Positions 23,263-35,699 of a stretch of 64,000 nt of DNA are shown here, in pieces. A model generated the notes under the pieces. It did no database searches, had not been told where the DNA came from, and worked only from the letters and a program-made list of their open reading frames with translations. Each line of letters starts with the position of its first letter. The first letter of the stretch is position 1. The DNA is from Trichodelitschia bisporula (taxonomy: Eukaryota), in NCBI GenBank assembly GCA_010356995.1, contig ML996690.1, positions 433,322-497,321 of the forward strand, written 5' to 3'. Position numbers and translations under genes: made by a program.

Positions 23263-25327
23263 CGGCCCTTAGGTGTTGCTTGCCGTATACTGCCCATGCT
23301 GGAACGTGTACATGTCCAACTTGACGAGCATGAGTTCCGAAGCATGTCTTGACAAGCAAGATGGGGCCGTGGTGGAGGTGGTTGTTGATGAAGAAGTGGA
23401 AGAGGTGGTGGATTGTTCAAGGCGTAATTTGCAGGCAGTCAATCAATCCATGTGGGCGTGTAACTACTGAGCGCACGGCCGCGTCAATCGAGTGACTCTG
23501 CTGGGGCTGTGCGGCTTAGGATCTTCTCCTGTTCACCAGGATATCACTGAAGATTCCCTGGCATTCGAGGGCGTTTGGACCTTCCAAAGGTGCTGAAACG
23601 TGGCTGGATATGCTTCATCTTACGGTATCCAGAGCTTCAGCAGTTGTTGGACCAGGCTGGCCCATTGTAGACACCGAGTAAGACACAGCGGGACATGGCG
23701 GGAATTGAAAAACTTTCCTAGGATGGGATCACGGAAGTTGAAACGAGAGGAGGATTGAACTGTTGCTTAACATAGAAGGCAAGTTCTTGAAAAGCCTGTC
23801 AAAGATGGCACTTGTACGAAGTACGCCAAAGACCTATTGAACGTCAGCACGCCGTTCGGTTACGTAGAAAATAGCGTCACCTTCGAGCTATCACCATGCC
23901 ACCGAAGCTTCACTCGGGCATTCGATCTTCGGTCTGCCTTCCATCGCAGTTCTGACAGCCCCAGAGAGACCTCCATGAACAGCCAAAGTAAAACCACAAA
24001 AGCCGATCAAATCGGCCATCAAGATTCTACATGAGCTCCACTCCTCCCATCGCGGCCAAAACCAGCCTCAGTAAACTACTCTTCCTCCTCCCTTCCCTCC
24101 CCGCCGTCCACAATTCTCCAGCAGAGCCCACCCTCCACAAGGCCTCAGACGCCAAAGTGACAAGCCGAGTCCCGAGTACAATATCATCGAGCGCCTCGCA
24201 GAAGTGCGGTTTCTACTTGCCCGTCCGACAATCCAGCACGTTGATCGCACATACTAGGAACAGCGTGCGGCATACGCTTCCAGCGACGTACGAGCGGCGC
24301 CAGGCGGCGTGGCCGGCTGTGGGTTCGGGGGACAATTGGTAGCCGGACAGGAGGAAGGGCGAAGCGAGCGCGCGCGCCATCTGCGCAGATAGTGAGTCTC
24401 AGCAGCTCATATAAGAAACGGATCCCTGGATCTGCGCGGCTCAGAGAGGGCGCGGAGACAGCGCCGCCCGTGCCGGTCGCGCAAGTCGCCTAGGGGCCAT
24501 GATTTACGAAAGGGTAGAAGGGCCTGGCTCCTCACGTCGGTTGCAGGCCTTGTGGCAGAGGGTGCATTGATGCGCGGGGTGTGGGGCTGCAGAGGGGGGT
24601 CCGGCTGCGGAGGTTGAGGTGCGTGGGATGTTAGCGGGCAGGGCGATGCGAGGAGGGAGGGAAGTCGCGAGGTGAGGTTTCGTGGCCTAAGGGCAACGCG
24701 AAGAAGTCATGTCACCTCCCTCCCGGCTTTGATAGAGGCCACCGACGAAAAGGGTGGTGAGGGAAGGGAACAATCGTGAGGCTAGGGACGGCGAGGATGG
24801 AGCAAGGCTATCTGAAAAAGTCTTGCTTCCCTCTCTTCAAAATTTGGCAGAGGTCATGTCGCCAGGGTGGACATGACTTTTTTTTCGATGAGCCCTTGGA
24901 GGGGTGAGGTTGGGGAGACGGAGTTAAGCGATGAGCTCCGAGGCGCTTGATACTCGTACCGATCGACCGGGGGCTGGCCACGCGTGTCATTTGGTCCAGA
25001 CCTGCACATCTAACTGGCAGTTCTGTCACTGCGGACTATGCATTTGCGAACTTCCTCAATAGGAAAGTAGAATAGGTTTTCCATCATGTTTCGGTCTTTT
25101 GATGCAGCAAGGCTTTGGCCTTTCTTCAGTCCGTCGGCGGTCATTGGCTAGGATCCTGGTGAGAGGCAATAGAACGCGTTGGGCCGTTGATTTGAAAAAG
25201 TTTTTAGACGGTGACCGTAAGCTGAAGATACTTGTCAATGCATCAATGTCGCATGTAACCATATCCTAGCAACAGTCACTACTCATCGTCTCTCTGTCGT
25301 TCCCTTTTGGTGCCGGCCAGACGCAAA

Positions 25328-27867
25328 ATGGCCGTTCTCGAGGGCACTCTTCGCGTCCTGATCATCGACCACTATGACTCCTACACCAACAATATCTTAC
25401 AACTGCTTCAAGATACAAGTTCAACCGTCGACGGCGAGGCATATCCGCAATGGAGCGCCGCAGTCGTGCGCTTCGACCAGTATTCATGGTACTTCAGCCT
25501 TCTTTGTGTATGAAAAGTCTAACGGCCTACTCAGGGAGCATTTTCGCGACACCATCCTCCCCGCCCTCGACGCCATAATCCTCTCCCCCGGCCCAGGACG
25601 ACCAGACCGCGTCACCGACTTCGGCTTCAACACCACCCTCATCCGCCACGCCAAAATCCCCATCCTAGGCATCTGCCTCGGCCACCAAGGCATCGGGACC
25701 TCCTTCGGCGCAAAGATCATCCACGCGCCCACCATCAAGCACGGTCAAGTATCAGCTATCACGCACACCGATGCCGGGATCCTGCGCGGTCTGCCGCAGG
25801 GCTTCGATGCTGTGCGGTATAACAGCCTTGTGCTAGACCCCGAAGGTAGGCTCTCCGTCTTGTACTCGGTGCTTTCCTGTAACGCCTCGTAGATATCCCC
25901 TCCGACCTGGAAGTCACAGCCTGGACCCTGGACCCCTCATCCCCCACCAAAAAGGTACTGATGGGCATCCAGCACCGCAGCAGGCCTATCTACGGCGTGC
26001 AGTGGCATCCGGAGAGCATATGCAGCGCGCAGGGCCGGGCCTTGCTGTCTAACTTCCGTGACATCGCACTCGAGTACTGGTCCTCGCGACAGCCGGTTCG
26101 TGTCGGCGCCTCGTTATCCGAGAATCTCCTGTCCCAGAGCGCCATCGCCATCGCCAAAGCACCCAGCGAAGCACCTGCTGCACCGCTGCCGCCTCAAGGC
26201 GAAACCCAGCGGCCGTACTACGTGGCCATTGAAACTCTAGGTCGCGGCCCCCAGCCTCAACACGTCTACGAGGCCTTCATCCGCGGCACGAGCTCCGATG
26301 GCGAAGCGTGGCTCGATAGTGCTAAGGTGCGCGACGTGCACTCCCGTAACTCGTACATGGCGAGCGCGGCCTTTGCACAGAGCTATTCCACCAGCACACG
26401 TATCCTTTCCTTCCATCAAAATGGCAAGATCGTCAAATCCACCCCGCTGGAAGACACTACGTACTGGGCCTGGCTCAGCGCCTTCCAGACTACAATCCAG
26501 ACACATACGACGCCGCTCCCTGCCAGTGCCCTTGGGCAACCAACGGCGCCCGGTCAACCCATTCTGCAAGTCGGGCTGATTGGATATTTTGGGTATGAAC
26601 TGAAGCGTGAATCGCTGCCGGGCTACAGCTATACCCCTCCCTCTACCTCCCACCCTGATACTCCCCAAGCCACGCCAGACGCCCAGCTTCTCTTCGCCGA
26701 TCGCGTCCTCTGGCTCGACAATTACACGCAAACCTGGCATGCCGTTGGCCTCGTTCGACGGGGCGAATACGACCCCCTCGCCGTCGCCACTGGAGCCTCG
26801 AGCGTCGGTCTCACAGCCACCGCCTTCGAAGCCTGGACTTCTGACCTGCGTGCTGGGTTCGCGAACCCTATCCTACCATCTCCCGCCCAGCCGGTTCCGA
26901 TCCCTAGCTTCTCGACCTCCGACACAGAAGAGTCCTACAGTACATTGATAGCCGCCGCACGGGCTGCGATCCGCGAGGGCGAGTCCTACGAACTGACCCT
27001 AACTACCAAATTCCGGTCCCAGAGCTCCGCCGATCCCTATGCGTTGTATCTTTCCCTCCGGGCCCGTAATCCGGCTCCGTATTCTGCATTTCTCAACTTC
27101 GCGGCGAGCGATGTTGCGGTGCTATCCAGCAGTCCGGAGCGGTTCATCTCGATCGACCGCCAGGGTGTTGCGGAGATGAAGCCGATAAAGGGGACGGTTG
27201 CGGTTAGTGCTGATGAGGAGGAGGATAGGAGGAGAGTAGATCGGCTGGGCTCAGACGTCAAAGAGTTGGCGGAGAACCTGATGGTAGTGCTCGCAACACC
27301 GTTAGAAGCCTGTGCTGATGCCCTGAACAGATTGTCGACCTCATCCGCGCTGACTTACATAACATCTCGCCGCCTTCGTCAATCACGGTGCCCAAGCTCC
27401 TCAAGGTCGAGAGTTACGAGACCGTCCACCAGCTCGTAACCACAATCCAATCCCACATCCCTCTCACCGTCCCCACCCCCACCGCCCTCTCCCACATCTT
27501 CCCCCCCGGCAGCATGACCGGCGCGCCCAAACTGCGTTCAGTCCAAATCCTCGACAGCTTAGAACGGCACGCCCCGCGCGGCATTTACTCCGGGTGCCTG
27601 GGCTACCTGTGCGTGAGCGGCACGGCGGACCAGAGCGTTGTGATACGGACGATTGTCAAGAGCGGGCGGGAGCTGGAGCTCGGTGCCGGGGGAGCGGTGA
27701 CCTGGCTGTCGGAGCCGAAGGCGGAGTGGGAGGAGGTGCTTGTTAAGGCGAATGCCGTTGCTGAGGCTGGAATGGATTCTGAGGATCGGGTGCGGTTTGA
27801 TAGTCTTGAGCCGCTTGGGGGTGGAGCGATACCCGTGGAACTGGAGGCACGAGAGGGCGAGAGGTAG
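25328..27867 (+). CDS. ABZ1: Aminodeoxychorismate (PABA) synthase, fused GATase + chorismate-binding domains
   Basis: IIDHYDSYTNN, ILSPGPGRP, GICLGHQ, VRYNSL, QWHPES, GYFGYE, IREGESYELTLT, SSSPERF, KPIKGT, KELAENLMIVDLIR, PPGSMTGAPK, GAGGA. Introns near 25489-25534, 25846-25892 and 27284-27330. Confidence 0.93.
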
Positions 27868-28947
27868 CATGCGGAGGATTAGGGCGAGGCTTCGCTTGTG
27901 GTGAGTTTGTAGGGTGCTGAGACACTTTGGCGCCGAGCGATGGGTAGTGCTGGGCTAGAATTCTGGGTGGACTTGTTTCAACCAGTGGCTTGTTCCACGG
28001 AAATCGCAGGGAGAAGGAGGCGAGGCTCTTCAACTGTAGCCTCGCCATGTATATTGTTTGATTAGCTGCGACTAGAGGCGCATCCACTGCGCCGAAGAGC
28101 GCTTCCAATGGAGGCATAGGCTTGACACGTACAATATAGCTACGATGCAAAGTGAAGAGTTTGATGAAAGGACAAAGAAGAGAGTCAGAAACTCAAGACT
28201 AAATAGGCTGTTGATGCCAAGTACCTTCCTCCCATCATGCGCACATTACATCATGTTCCTTCGGACAAGTAAATACTACGTATGCCCCTTCCTGACATAA
28301 CAACGCTCCTGCGTCACGTCCACATCCCTCGATCCCCCACCAGGTCCCGAGGCTGAAGTCCCTGCAGCCGAACCTACCCTAGTCCCGCCACCTCGCGGTA
28401 AGCCCGCATATGCAGGCCCGATACGCGAAGCTTGGCGATGCACGATCTCAGCTGAGGATGCAAGAGGGCTTACTACGTCATGCGTGACAGAGTATCGTAT
28501 GTAGCTCGACAGTCCAGGTGTTTTTCGCAAAGCACACATCAGGATCTCAGCTTTCCCGTTCCCTACTCTACAACCCTTTTCGGCTGGTATAAAGCAGAGA
28601 AAAACACACCATACAACACACTCAACTCACCTCCCTCCCGCTGAACGCCTCACAACCTCGCAAACTACGCCTTGTGCGCCCATGTACAATCTCGCTTGAC
28701 CTTTCTCTCCAGCTTTCAACCTCTGTACACACCAACATATGTGCGGCAAAGCACACAGTCGAGGAGGAGGAGTCGCAGTACAAAAAAATATCCCCTAAGA
28801 ATGTCCCTTGTAGAAATAAAAAAGGGGTGGGGAGAGAACCGGCGTAATTACAACCCGTAAAACCCGGCGGACAGAACGAAGCAAGCCCTAGCGTCCATGC
28901 AGTCGAAGTGAGAAGTGATCCCGATAACCCACACACATACACAACGC

Positions 28948-31509
28948 TTAATCAAGCTCCTGGTCGAAAACCTCCCCCTCCCGCGTCTCACCCGGCGGCA
29001 ACTCCATCCCCCCCTCAAGCGACAGAATGATGTTCTTCGCCGACGGCGACGGCGCAGACGAGCCATCCGGAAGCTCACCCTCCTTGTTCAGTGTCAACTT
29101 TGTATTCGTCGTCTGCACGCCCAGAATCCGGTCCGCACCCGCACTAGCCTCCACTTCCATCCCCTCGCCAAACGACCCCACAGCATGCGTAGCAGCCCTC
29201 GACTCCCCAGGCGTAGCAGCGGGGACGAGCTCCTCGCGGGCAGTAGCAAGGAGATCGATGCCAATCGCAGCGACGGGAGCAGGTTCGTTGACGATATCCT
29301 CCATGGAGGCGACGATCTCGGCGGCGTGCGAGTTCACTGCTTCGAGCCTCGCTTCCTGGGACGCTTCGTGCGAGAGCACGGTTCCGATTTCCGGCAGGGG
29401 GTTGGAGTTCTCGAGATCCAGTTCGAGGCCTGGAGAGGGCGGGGCAACGGATTCGGCAGCGGGTTCTATGCCGGGCTCGACGGCAGACTCTACAGCGGGC
29501 TCTGCGGCGGGCTCCGGAAGGCTGGACGTCAACGGCGCCTTGTCAGGTACGAGCGTGTGCTTGACGGGTCCGGTGCTCGTAGGGGCGGCGGCGAGAGGCA
29601 GGGTGTGCTGTGCAGGTTCAGTCTTCACGGGCTCTGGTTTTGCGGGTTCGTCGGCTAGCAGCTCAGAATTGACGGGTTGAGCCTTCTCCAGTACAGGTTT
29701 CTTGACGCTCTTGGCCTTCGGGGCCGGCTCCTTCTTCGCGTCAGACTTAGCGGCCTTATCCTCCCGCACCGACGCCGCGCTCGATGCCACCGATGTGCCC
29801 AGTCCCGCCGATGAAGCCGAAGCACGCAGCCCAGTAGACGGAGCCTTTTCCTTGCTCTTCCCCTTGTTCACACCATTGGCCTGTTTGACTGGCGGCGCAG
29901 CAGCCGGAGCAGAGGGCTTGCGAGGCGCAGCCCGCGGAGGTGACTTGGCGTCGAGCTTCTCGTGGACCTTGCTCGCGGAACTGGCGGTTGGACGCATCAT
30001 GCGGGCCAGGAATCCATCGTCCGCCTTCGCGGTGGTCATACTCGCAGTGCTCCCGACGGAAGGCCGCGGCTCGGCCTCCTTCTTGACCTGTGTAGTGCGC
30101 GGCGCGGGTCGACGGGTTGTCGTGCTCGTCGACCGAGCCAGAGGACCACGATCGCTGACCATGGAGGACCGGCGAGAGAGGGTCTGCGTGCGGGGTTCCT
30201 TGCCGTGCTTAGCGGCGGAGGAGGCGGTAGGGGCGATGAGGTGGCTAGGGAGTTTGATGGGACGGGTGGGAGATTTGGGGCGGGGTTTGACGAAGGGGGC
30301 GGGGGAGGGGGATGCACGCAGTGCAGCAGCGGTTTTTTTGGGCTCCGAGGTCGTAGACTTGGCGCTGGCAGATATGACGGAAGGGGTTTTGGAGGGGCGA
30401 CGCTGCTGCTGCGGGTCATGCATGTTGTTTGTGGATGATTCTCTCCGGCGCTGGTGGTCGTTCGAAGGGTTCAACCGCTCAGGAAGGGTCGAGCGCACGC
30501 GACGGACTTGCTTGGGGGAGCCGGATGTGGAGGCGTTTGCGGAGGCGTTGGTAGAAGCAACGGCGGCGGAAGAGGCGGATGCAATTGACGCTGCGCTAGT
30601 GGATTCCTTCGACACCTTTCTAGACGACTTGTAGGCGCTAGTGGGGGAGAGGTTCGAGCTCTCGGGTGCGGGAGCTGGAGCTTGTTGCGGGGGCAGGTCC
30701 ACTGGTGCAGGAGCATTGTCAGCAACCTTCAATGGCTTTGCAGCAACAGCAACGGTAGAAGCAGCAACAACAGGGGGCTCCATAGGCTTCGGTTGCGGTG
30801 TGGAGATTCGAGGAGTCCATGGTGTATCGTTCGCCTTCGGCCTGAGTCTAGAGGGGGTCCGCAAGTTCTCTGCCAGAGACTGGAGGACCTCTAGAGGCGG
30901 CGAAGGGAACGCGTCCGCAACGGGCTCAGTGTTGGGAGCAATTTGAATAGCAGCAGGTGGTGCTTGAGTGGTACGGAACGCTTTACCGTCCGACGCCGGG
31001 TTACCTTTCTGGCCGTTCTGGCCATTCTGTCCATAGCTGTTCACGCCATTGGTTGTGCTGGACTTGCTAGCCTCCGCTGCAGCTTGGAGATGCGCACGCG
31101 GTGACGTCGACTGTGAAGCCGCCGACCCCGACGAAGCACCCTCCTTACCGTCCTTGCTTATGGTCCGCTTGAGCTCTGCGATCAGTGCCTCCTGCTGCTC
31201 GGTGCCAGTGCTGTCGCGCTGCGAGGCGTTGCTGCGCGTCTCTGACGTGTCTGAACGCAGCTTCACCGGCTCGACACCGACGAAATTGGCGCGGACCTTG
31301 GAGACAGGGCGCGACGTTGTAGCTTCGCCATTGGCAGGAGTTCCCGCTTCAGCTCCCGCAGCAGCTGTTGGCGCCGAGGGAGTAGAAGGCGCAGTGACGA
31401 GCTGGCGACCGCGAGGAATCGGAGGGGGAGGAGTTGGTGACGCGGGCTCGGAGTTTTCATATAGAGCGCGCAGCGAGCGGATTTTGCCCGCGCTCACCGG
31501 GTTGGCCAT
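28948..31509 (-). CDS. Pro/Ser/Ala-rich largely disordered protein (about 853 aa)
   Basis: Long intronless ORF; first ATG at 31509 (MANPVSAGKIRSLRALYE). Motifs PRPKSPTRPIKLPSHLIAPTASSAAK and FLARMMRPTASSASK; acidic C-terminus. Confidence 0.75.
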   Translation of the reverse strand: MANPVSAGKIRSLRALYENSEPASPTPPPPIPRGRQLVTAPSTPSAPTAAAGAEAGTPANGEATTSRPVSKVRANFVGVEPVKLRSDTSETRSNASQRDSTGTEQQEALIAELKRTISKDGKEGASSGSAASQSTSPRAHLQAAAEASKSSTTNGVNSYGQNGQNGQKGNPASDGKAFRTTQAPPAAIQIAPNTEPVADAFPSPPLEVLQSLAENLRTPSRLRPKANDTPWTPRISTPQPKPMEPPVVAASTVAVAAKPLKVADNAPAPVDLPPQQAPAPAPESSNLSPTSAYKSSRKVSKESTSAASIASASSAAVASTNASANASTSGSPKQVRRVRSTLPERLNPSNDHQRRRESSTNNMHDPQQQRRPSKTPSVISASAKSTTSEPKKTAAALRASPSPAPFVKPRPKSPTRPIKLPSHLIAPTASSAAKHGKEPRTQTLSRRSSMVSDRGPLARSTSTTTRRPAPRTTQVKKEAEPRPSVGSTASMTTAKADDGFLARMMRPTASSASKVHEKLDAKSPPRAAPRKPSAPAAAPPVKQANGVNKGKSKEKAPSTGLRASASSAGLGTSVASSAASVREDKAAKSDAKKEPAPKAKSVKKPVLEKAQPVNSELLADEPAKPEPVKTEPAQHTLPLAAAPTSTGPVKHTLVPDKAPLTSSLPEPAAEPAVESAVEPGIEPAAESVAPPSPGLELDLENSNPLPEIGTVLSHEASQEARLEAVNSHAAEIVASMEDIVNEPAPVAAIGIDLLATAREELVPAATPGESRAATHAVGSFGEGMEVEASAGADRILGVQTTNTKLTLNKEGELPDGSSAPSPSAKNIILSLEGGMELPPGETREGEVFDQELD

Positions 31510-33587
31510 TGTGTCGTCGAAATCGGAGTCGTATTGCGTACTAGGGAGCTCGTGTGCTGACGGGATTCGGTCTTGTGTGGAGAATTGGGGCAAAGAGTGG
31601 ATAAGGGCGAGGGGGCGCGCGCCGGTGTGTACGAGTAGGAGGGTGGTTGTTTAGGTTGCGGCGCAGGAGATTATTGTCGACGACTGGGGAGAAGAGGGGG
31701 TGGTAAGTTGTTGCAGGGAGGGTATTTCGGTGGGCGTGGCACGCTGTCCCGTGCTTTACGGTGCAACGCTGCGGATGCGCGCGCCGCTGAAACGCGTTCT
31801 CTGGGGTGCTTTCCTGGCCAAGCTTGATGAGAGGGAAGCAAGCCGACTGTTCGTTAGCAGGGGAGCGAGGATGACGGCCAGGGGATATAGGGAGGGCGGA
31901 CATCGGGAATAAATAGAAGGAGCAAACTCACTAGAATTACACTAGAGATTGTCGCGATGAAAGGAGAGTTGGAGATGGTTGGCTCTGAAGTCGACAAGTC
32001 GCTTCGTTCGGAAGGAAGATGAGCTTGGTGGCCTCTGCGCACTCCCACAAAAATCGCTTGCTTTTTCGCTCGCCCCGACGACGAACAGCTGGCCAAAGGG
32101 GGTGATGATCACTCAAGTGTGGAGAACAGAGATGACAGCGACAACTCGACGACGACGACGACGGCTTCATTCGCTTTACGACTTGAGACGCTCTGTATAT
32201 CTGACCTTCCCCCCCTTCTCCCTCTCTCGCCACCACTCCCCTTTAATGTAGCTCCCGTGCACCACCTTTCACCGCTTCATTGGCACGGCTCTTTCCTCGT
32301 GAAGCAAATCATGATTGTTTATCCCCTCCTGACCCCTCGCCCTTCAACAAACCCCCCGTTGGCTGGCCGTCCAGGCAACCGCGTAACACCCGCGTCGCTG
32401 TACAACTTTCTTGCTCTGTAGCACCCGAAGCAACAATGCTGCCATCCGAATACTTCAAAGACATGATGGGATCCGACAGCATGGCGAGTATCATCATCAA
32501 TTTTCCTCGGGGCTCGGTTCCGTAATTCCCTAGTTCTAGTTCTACTTGTGACGTGTCCCGAAGCCGGCGTCACCCGCTGATGACACTGCATCTCCGAAGC
32601 TTCAGATATAGATGGACTGACCACTACGGTATTCTCCTTTGCCATTAGCCGCGCCTGTGGGTCCGGCTTCTTGGTCAATTCTCTGATCAATTGCTTGCCG
32701 GTTTAGTTCCATCTCGGCACGTGTGGTTGCTTGTCGTCTTGCTCCCGTGACTCCCTCAAGGTTCCAAAGCCATCGCTAACTTCCACAACTCTCCTATTTA
32801 TCCATCTGCCATTCCTCCTTCGGTGCTCCCGCTCACCTGTCCAACAAAGTCTACTACTTCTTAGCGATCAACTCGCGTCTCGTGTATTAGCAACGGCGAA
32901 TCAAATCGGTTCGAGCCTTCCAATTCTCTCCCGCCACCTTGGGTGCTACGGACAACCAGTATTCCCTAGTACAAATGCTTCCTTCCATTGATCGTGGTAC
33001 CGCCGCCTATGTCATACCCCGCTTGACAAGCGCGGTGCCACCACTATCCAGGTTTCCCAATGTGTCGGCGGACGGCCTGGGCCATGAAGCTGAACTAGGG
33101 GTGTCAGTACTGACGATCACGTCCTATCTTAGCACTGCAAGGCTGGAAAGCCTTCTAGAGACCTGCAGCTGGCACCATACTACTCTTCTGAACTCACTGC
33201 AGTTCTCCACGCAGCGGTATGGTGATTTGGGCATTGTGGCAGTCTTGAAGACGAGATATGCAGCATCACTGGAATGAGTGGTATGGTCGTCTGGGAGCTA
33301 CCCCGCGGAGAGCTGCCCCAACATGTTGGGAGAGGAAGGAACCACGCGACATAATGGCGCGATGATGATGGACATACCGGTACAGTCTTCGATCACAGGC
33401 AGCCGATTGGACAAGTGTTCGAGGTCTCCGCAATTCACCCTTGAAGGTTCGTGTTACCCGCTTGCAGAAAACCCCGTGGAATATAGGAAGAGACTGTATT
33501 ACATGTACATCGTGTCCAGGCCAACACACTTTTCTGGTGATAACTACTTCGTCATTATGAATACGAGCAACAGGACATGGATTTCTG

Positions 33588-35060
33588 TTAATGTGACGGC
33601 CTCGACATCCCCCCGGAAATCGGATTCATCACCGACAGCTCCGTCGCAGCTTTCCTCGCCCCCCGAAACACCGTATTCCCGTGGACCATCAACGGAAACA
33701 CCGCCCAAACCCAGAAGCATGACACAAGCAGCATGGCACCAGTCAGACGCATCTCCACCAAGACTGTGGCTCCGAGGGCATATATCCAGTTGAGAATCTG
33801 GCTCTGGAACTGAAACTGCGGCTCGTGGCTGTTCTCGTGCTGCTCAATCGCCTCCACAATCCGCCATGCGACTCGGTTGTTGATTTTCTCCCATGTCGTA
33901 TGCTCGGCCGTCACCCGGCCAGCCGTCGACATCTCTTCGCGTAGGCTGGGGTCGCTGGCAAGCAGCTTTGTATGCGCGACGAAGGCATCCAGGTTCTCGG
34001 GTTCAATCAGGAAACCCGTCGTTTGGTGCCGGACTATCTCTGACGGCCCTCCTTCGTTCCGTGCAACGACCGGAAGACCGCACGCCATGGCTTCGAGAAC
34101 AACGAGGCCAAATGTTTCGGTTATGGAGCAGTGGCAGAATACATCAGCGGATGCGTAGGCACGAGCGAGGTGTGCGCCTTCGAGGAAGCCTGTGAAGATC
34201 ACTCGATCCCGGATAGGTGTAAAGTAGCTGCGGACTTCATTTTCCACCGCGACATTGCGATTGCCTCCGACGATGACAAGCTTGAAGGGTAATTTCTGCT
34301 CAGCTAGACGGATCGCCGCCTTTGCTAGGAATCCGAACCCCTTTTCCGGTGCAAGCCGGCCGACGCAAAGCAAAATGATCTCTCCTTTTGGTGCCAGTTG
34401 CCGTCGGTAGCGTTCGTCGCGAAATTCCGGGTTGAAAACGCTGGTGTCCACTCCGCGGCCAAGATGCATCAGCTTGTCTTTTTGCACTCCGGCTTCAACC
34501 AGGTAATTGGCGATAGGTGACGAGGGATAAAATATGGTCTGCACCGAACGGTGGCTGAACAGGTACCCCTGAACTACCTGCAGCATCCAGACTGCGTAGC
34601 GATCGAGCGGCGCCGGAAAGATGATCTCGCTGTAGGCCGACAAATCTGTTTGGAAGTTGGCAATGACTGGTGCTGGGTCCGTAAAGCAGCGCATCTGAAG
34701 CATGGCCTGGAAACCAACGGACGCCGGGCTCGCCAGATAGACCAAATCTGGCTTGAACCTCGCGCTGATGCGATCGAGGCGGAACGGATACGCCACCGAC
34801 AGCTCGGGGCTGTACGGCAGCGACAGCCCTCCGAGGCGCCGGACCGGGCCTACTGGCAGAGGAGGCCGCGACTTATCGCCGACGTAGTGCGGGGCAACGA
34901 TCTTGACATCGACGCCATGTTGCTGGAGATACTGAATGAGGCTCGTGGTCGTTCTGCTCACGCCGTTGATGGGCCCGATGGACTCGGTTGCAAGTAGCAC
35001 CTTGCGCCCGTGCAGACTCTCAGGAAACAGGTATTCACCGGAGCTCGAAAAGTGATCCAT
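33588..35060 (-). CDS. GT4 (GT-B) glycosyltransferase, SQD2/MgtA/Agt-like
   Basis: First ATG 35060. KVLLATESIGPINGVSRTT, LGRGVD, VGRLAPEKG, and E-x7-E motif ETFGLVVLEAMACGLPVV. Hydrophobic C-terminal segment. Confidence 0.88.
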   Translation of the reverse strand: MDHFSSSGEYLFPESLHGRKVLLATESIGPINGVSRTTTSLIQYLQQHGVDVKIVAPHYVGDKSRPPLPVGPVRRLGGLSLPYSPELSVAYPFRLDRISARFKPDLVYLASPASVGFQAMLQMRCFTDPAPVIANFQTDLSAYSEIIFPAPLDRYAVWMLQVVQGYLFSHRSVQTIFYPSSPIANYLVEAGVQKDKLMHLGRGVDTSVFNPEFRDERYRRQLAPKGEIILLCVGRLAPEKGFGFLAKAAIRLAEQKLPFKLVIVGGNRNVAVENEVRSYFTPIRDRVIFTGFLEGAHLARAYASADVFCHCSITETFGLVVLEAMACGLPVVARNEGGPSEIVRHQTTGFLIEPENLDAFVAHTKLLASDPSLREEMSTAGRVTAEHTTWEKINNRVAWRIVEAIEQHENSHEPQFQFQSQILNWIYALGATVLVEMRLTGAMLLVSCFWVWAVFPLMVHGNTVFRGARKAATELSVMNPISGGMSRPSH

Positions 35061-35289
35061 GGTGGAATGCAGCTTGCCAACGAGGAACGAAGGGATCAAT
35101 ACGGATGCGTTCGTGCCCGCAAGCGCACGCCATAGACCGCAGAAGCAGCATTTTGAGCAGATCCGAGGTCGCAACCTGCACACACAGCCGCGTCTCTTTC
35201 CGCTCAAATTGTATCACGCAGGGTCGGCGGATGAGGTTCGCAACTGTGCGCGTGGTTGACTATGGGCGCGAATGGTGGTGCAAGGCTCT

Positions 35290-35298
35290 CCACGTGGG
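35290..35298. promoter_or_regulatory. CACGTG E-box (CCACGTGGG), candidate Pho4/NUC-1-type site in the shared GT4/UGD promoter
   Basis: ctcCACGTGGGgt in the 639-bp divergent intergenic region. It is a single site and could be a chance occurrence. Confidence 0.35.
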
Positions 35299-35699
35299 GT
35301 TCGGACGAACAAAGCCTTGCGTGGCTGGCTGGCCAATCTTCAACCTGGTCGCTGCTATCCGCCTGCGTTCCCGTCCGCAATTGGCCCGTTTCGCATCGAC
35401 TGCCAACCACCATAGAGGCGCGGGGAGTCGCGCACTGCGCAAAACATATCGCTATGCGGCCGGTAGCCTCAACTCTCCCTGTCTTTGCTTGGGTTGAACC
35501 CCTCGGCGCGCGTGATGGAGTGCGGTGATGCTAGTCTCGTATCGCCGCACCTGCAGGGCAGCGGCAGCGCGACATTCCCTGGATGTACGCAGTGACAGAT
35601 CGAGTGGGTGATTAGAGATGGCCGTTTGTAGCCCTTTTCCTCGCGCTCCTCTCCTCCACTCCTACAACTTCATTGAAGTCGTACCTCGCAGCTTCAAGC

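Noticed and set aside
23837..24800. C-rich then G-rich tract with short ORFs, gene-like in composition
   Set aside because: No frame gives a recognisable protein. Possibly a dead gene, but unassignable.
29027..31654. Long plus-strand ORFs (217-310 aa)
   Set aside because: Antisense to the Pro/Ser-rich gene; a consequence of GC-rich codon usage.
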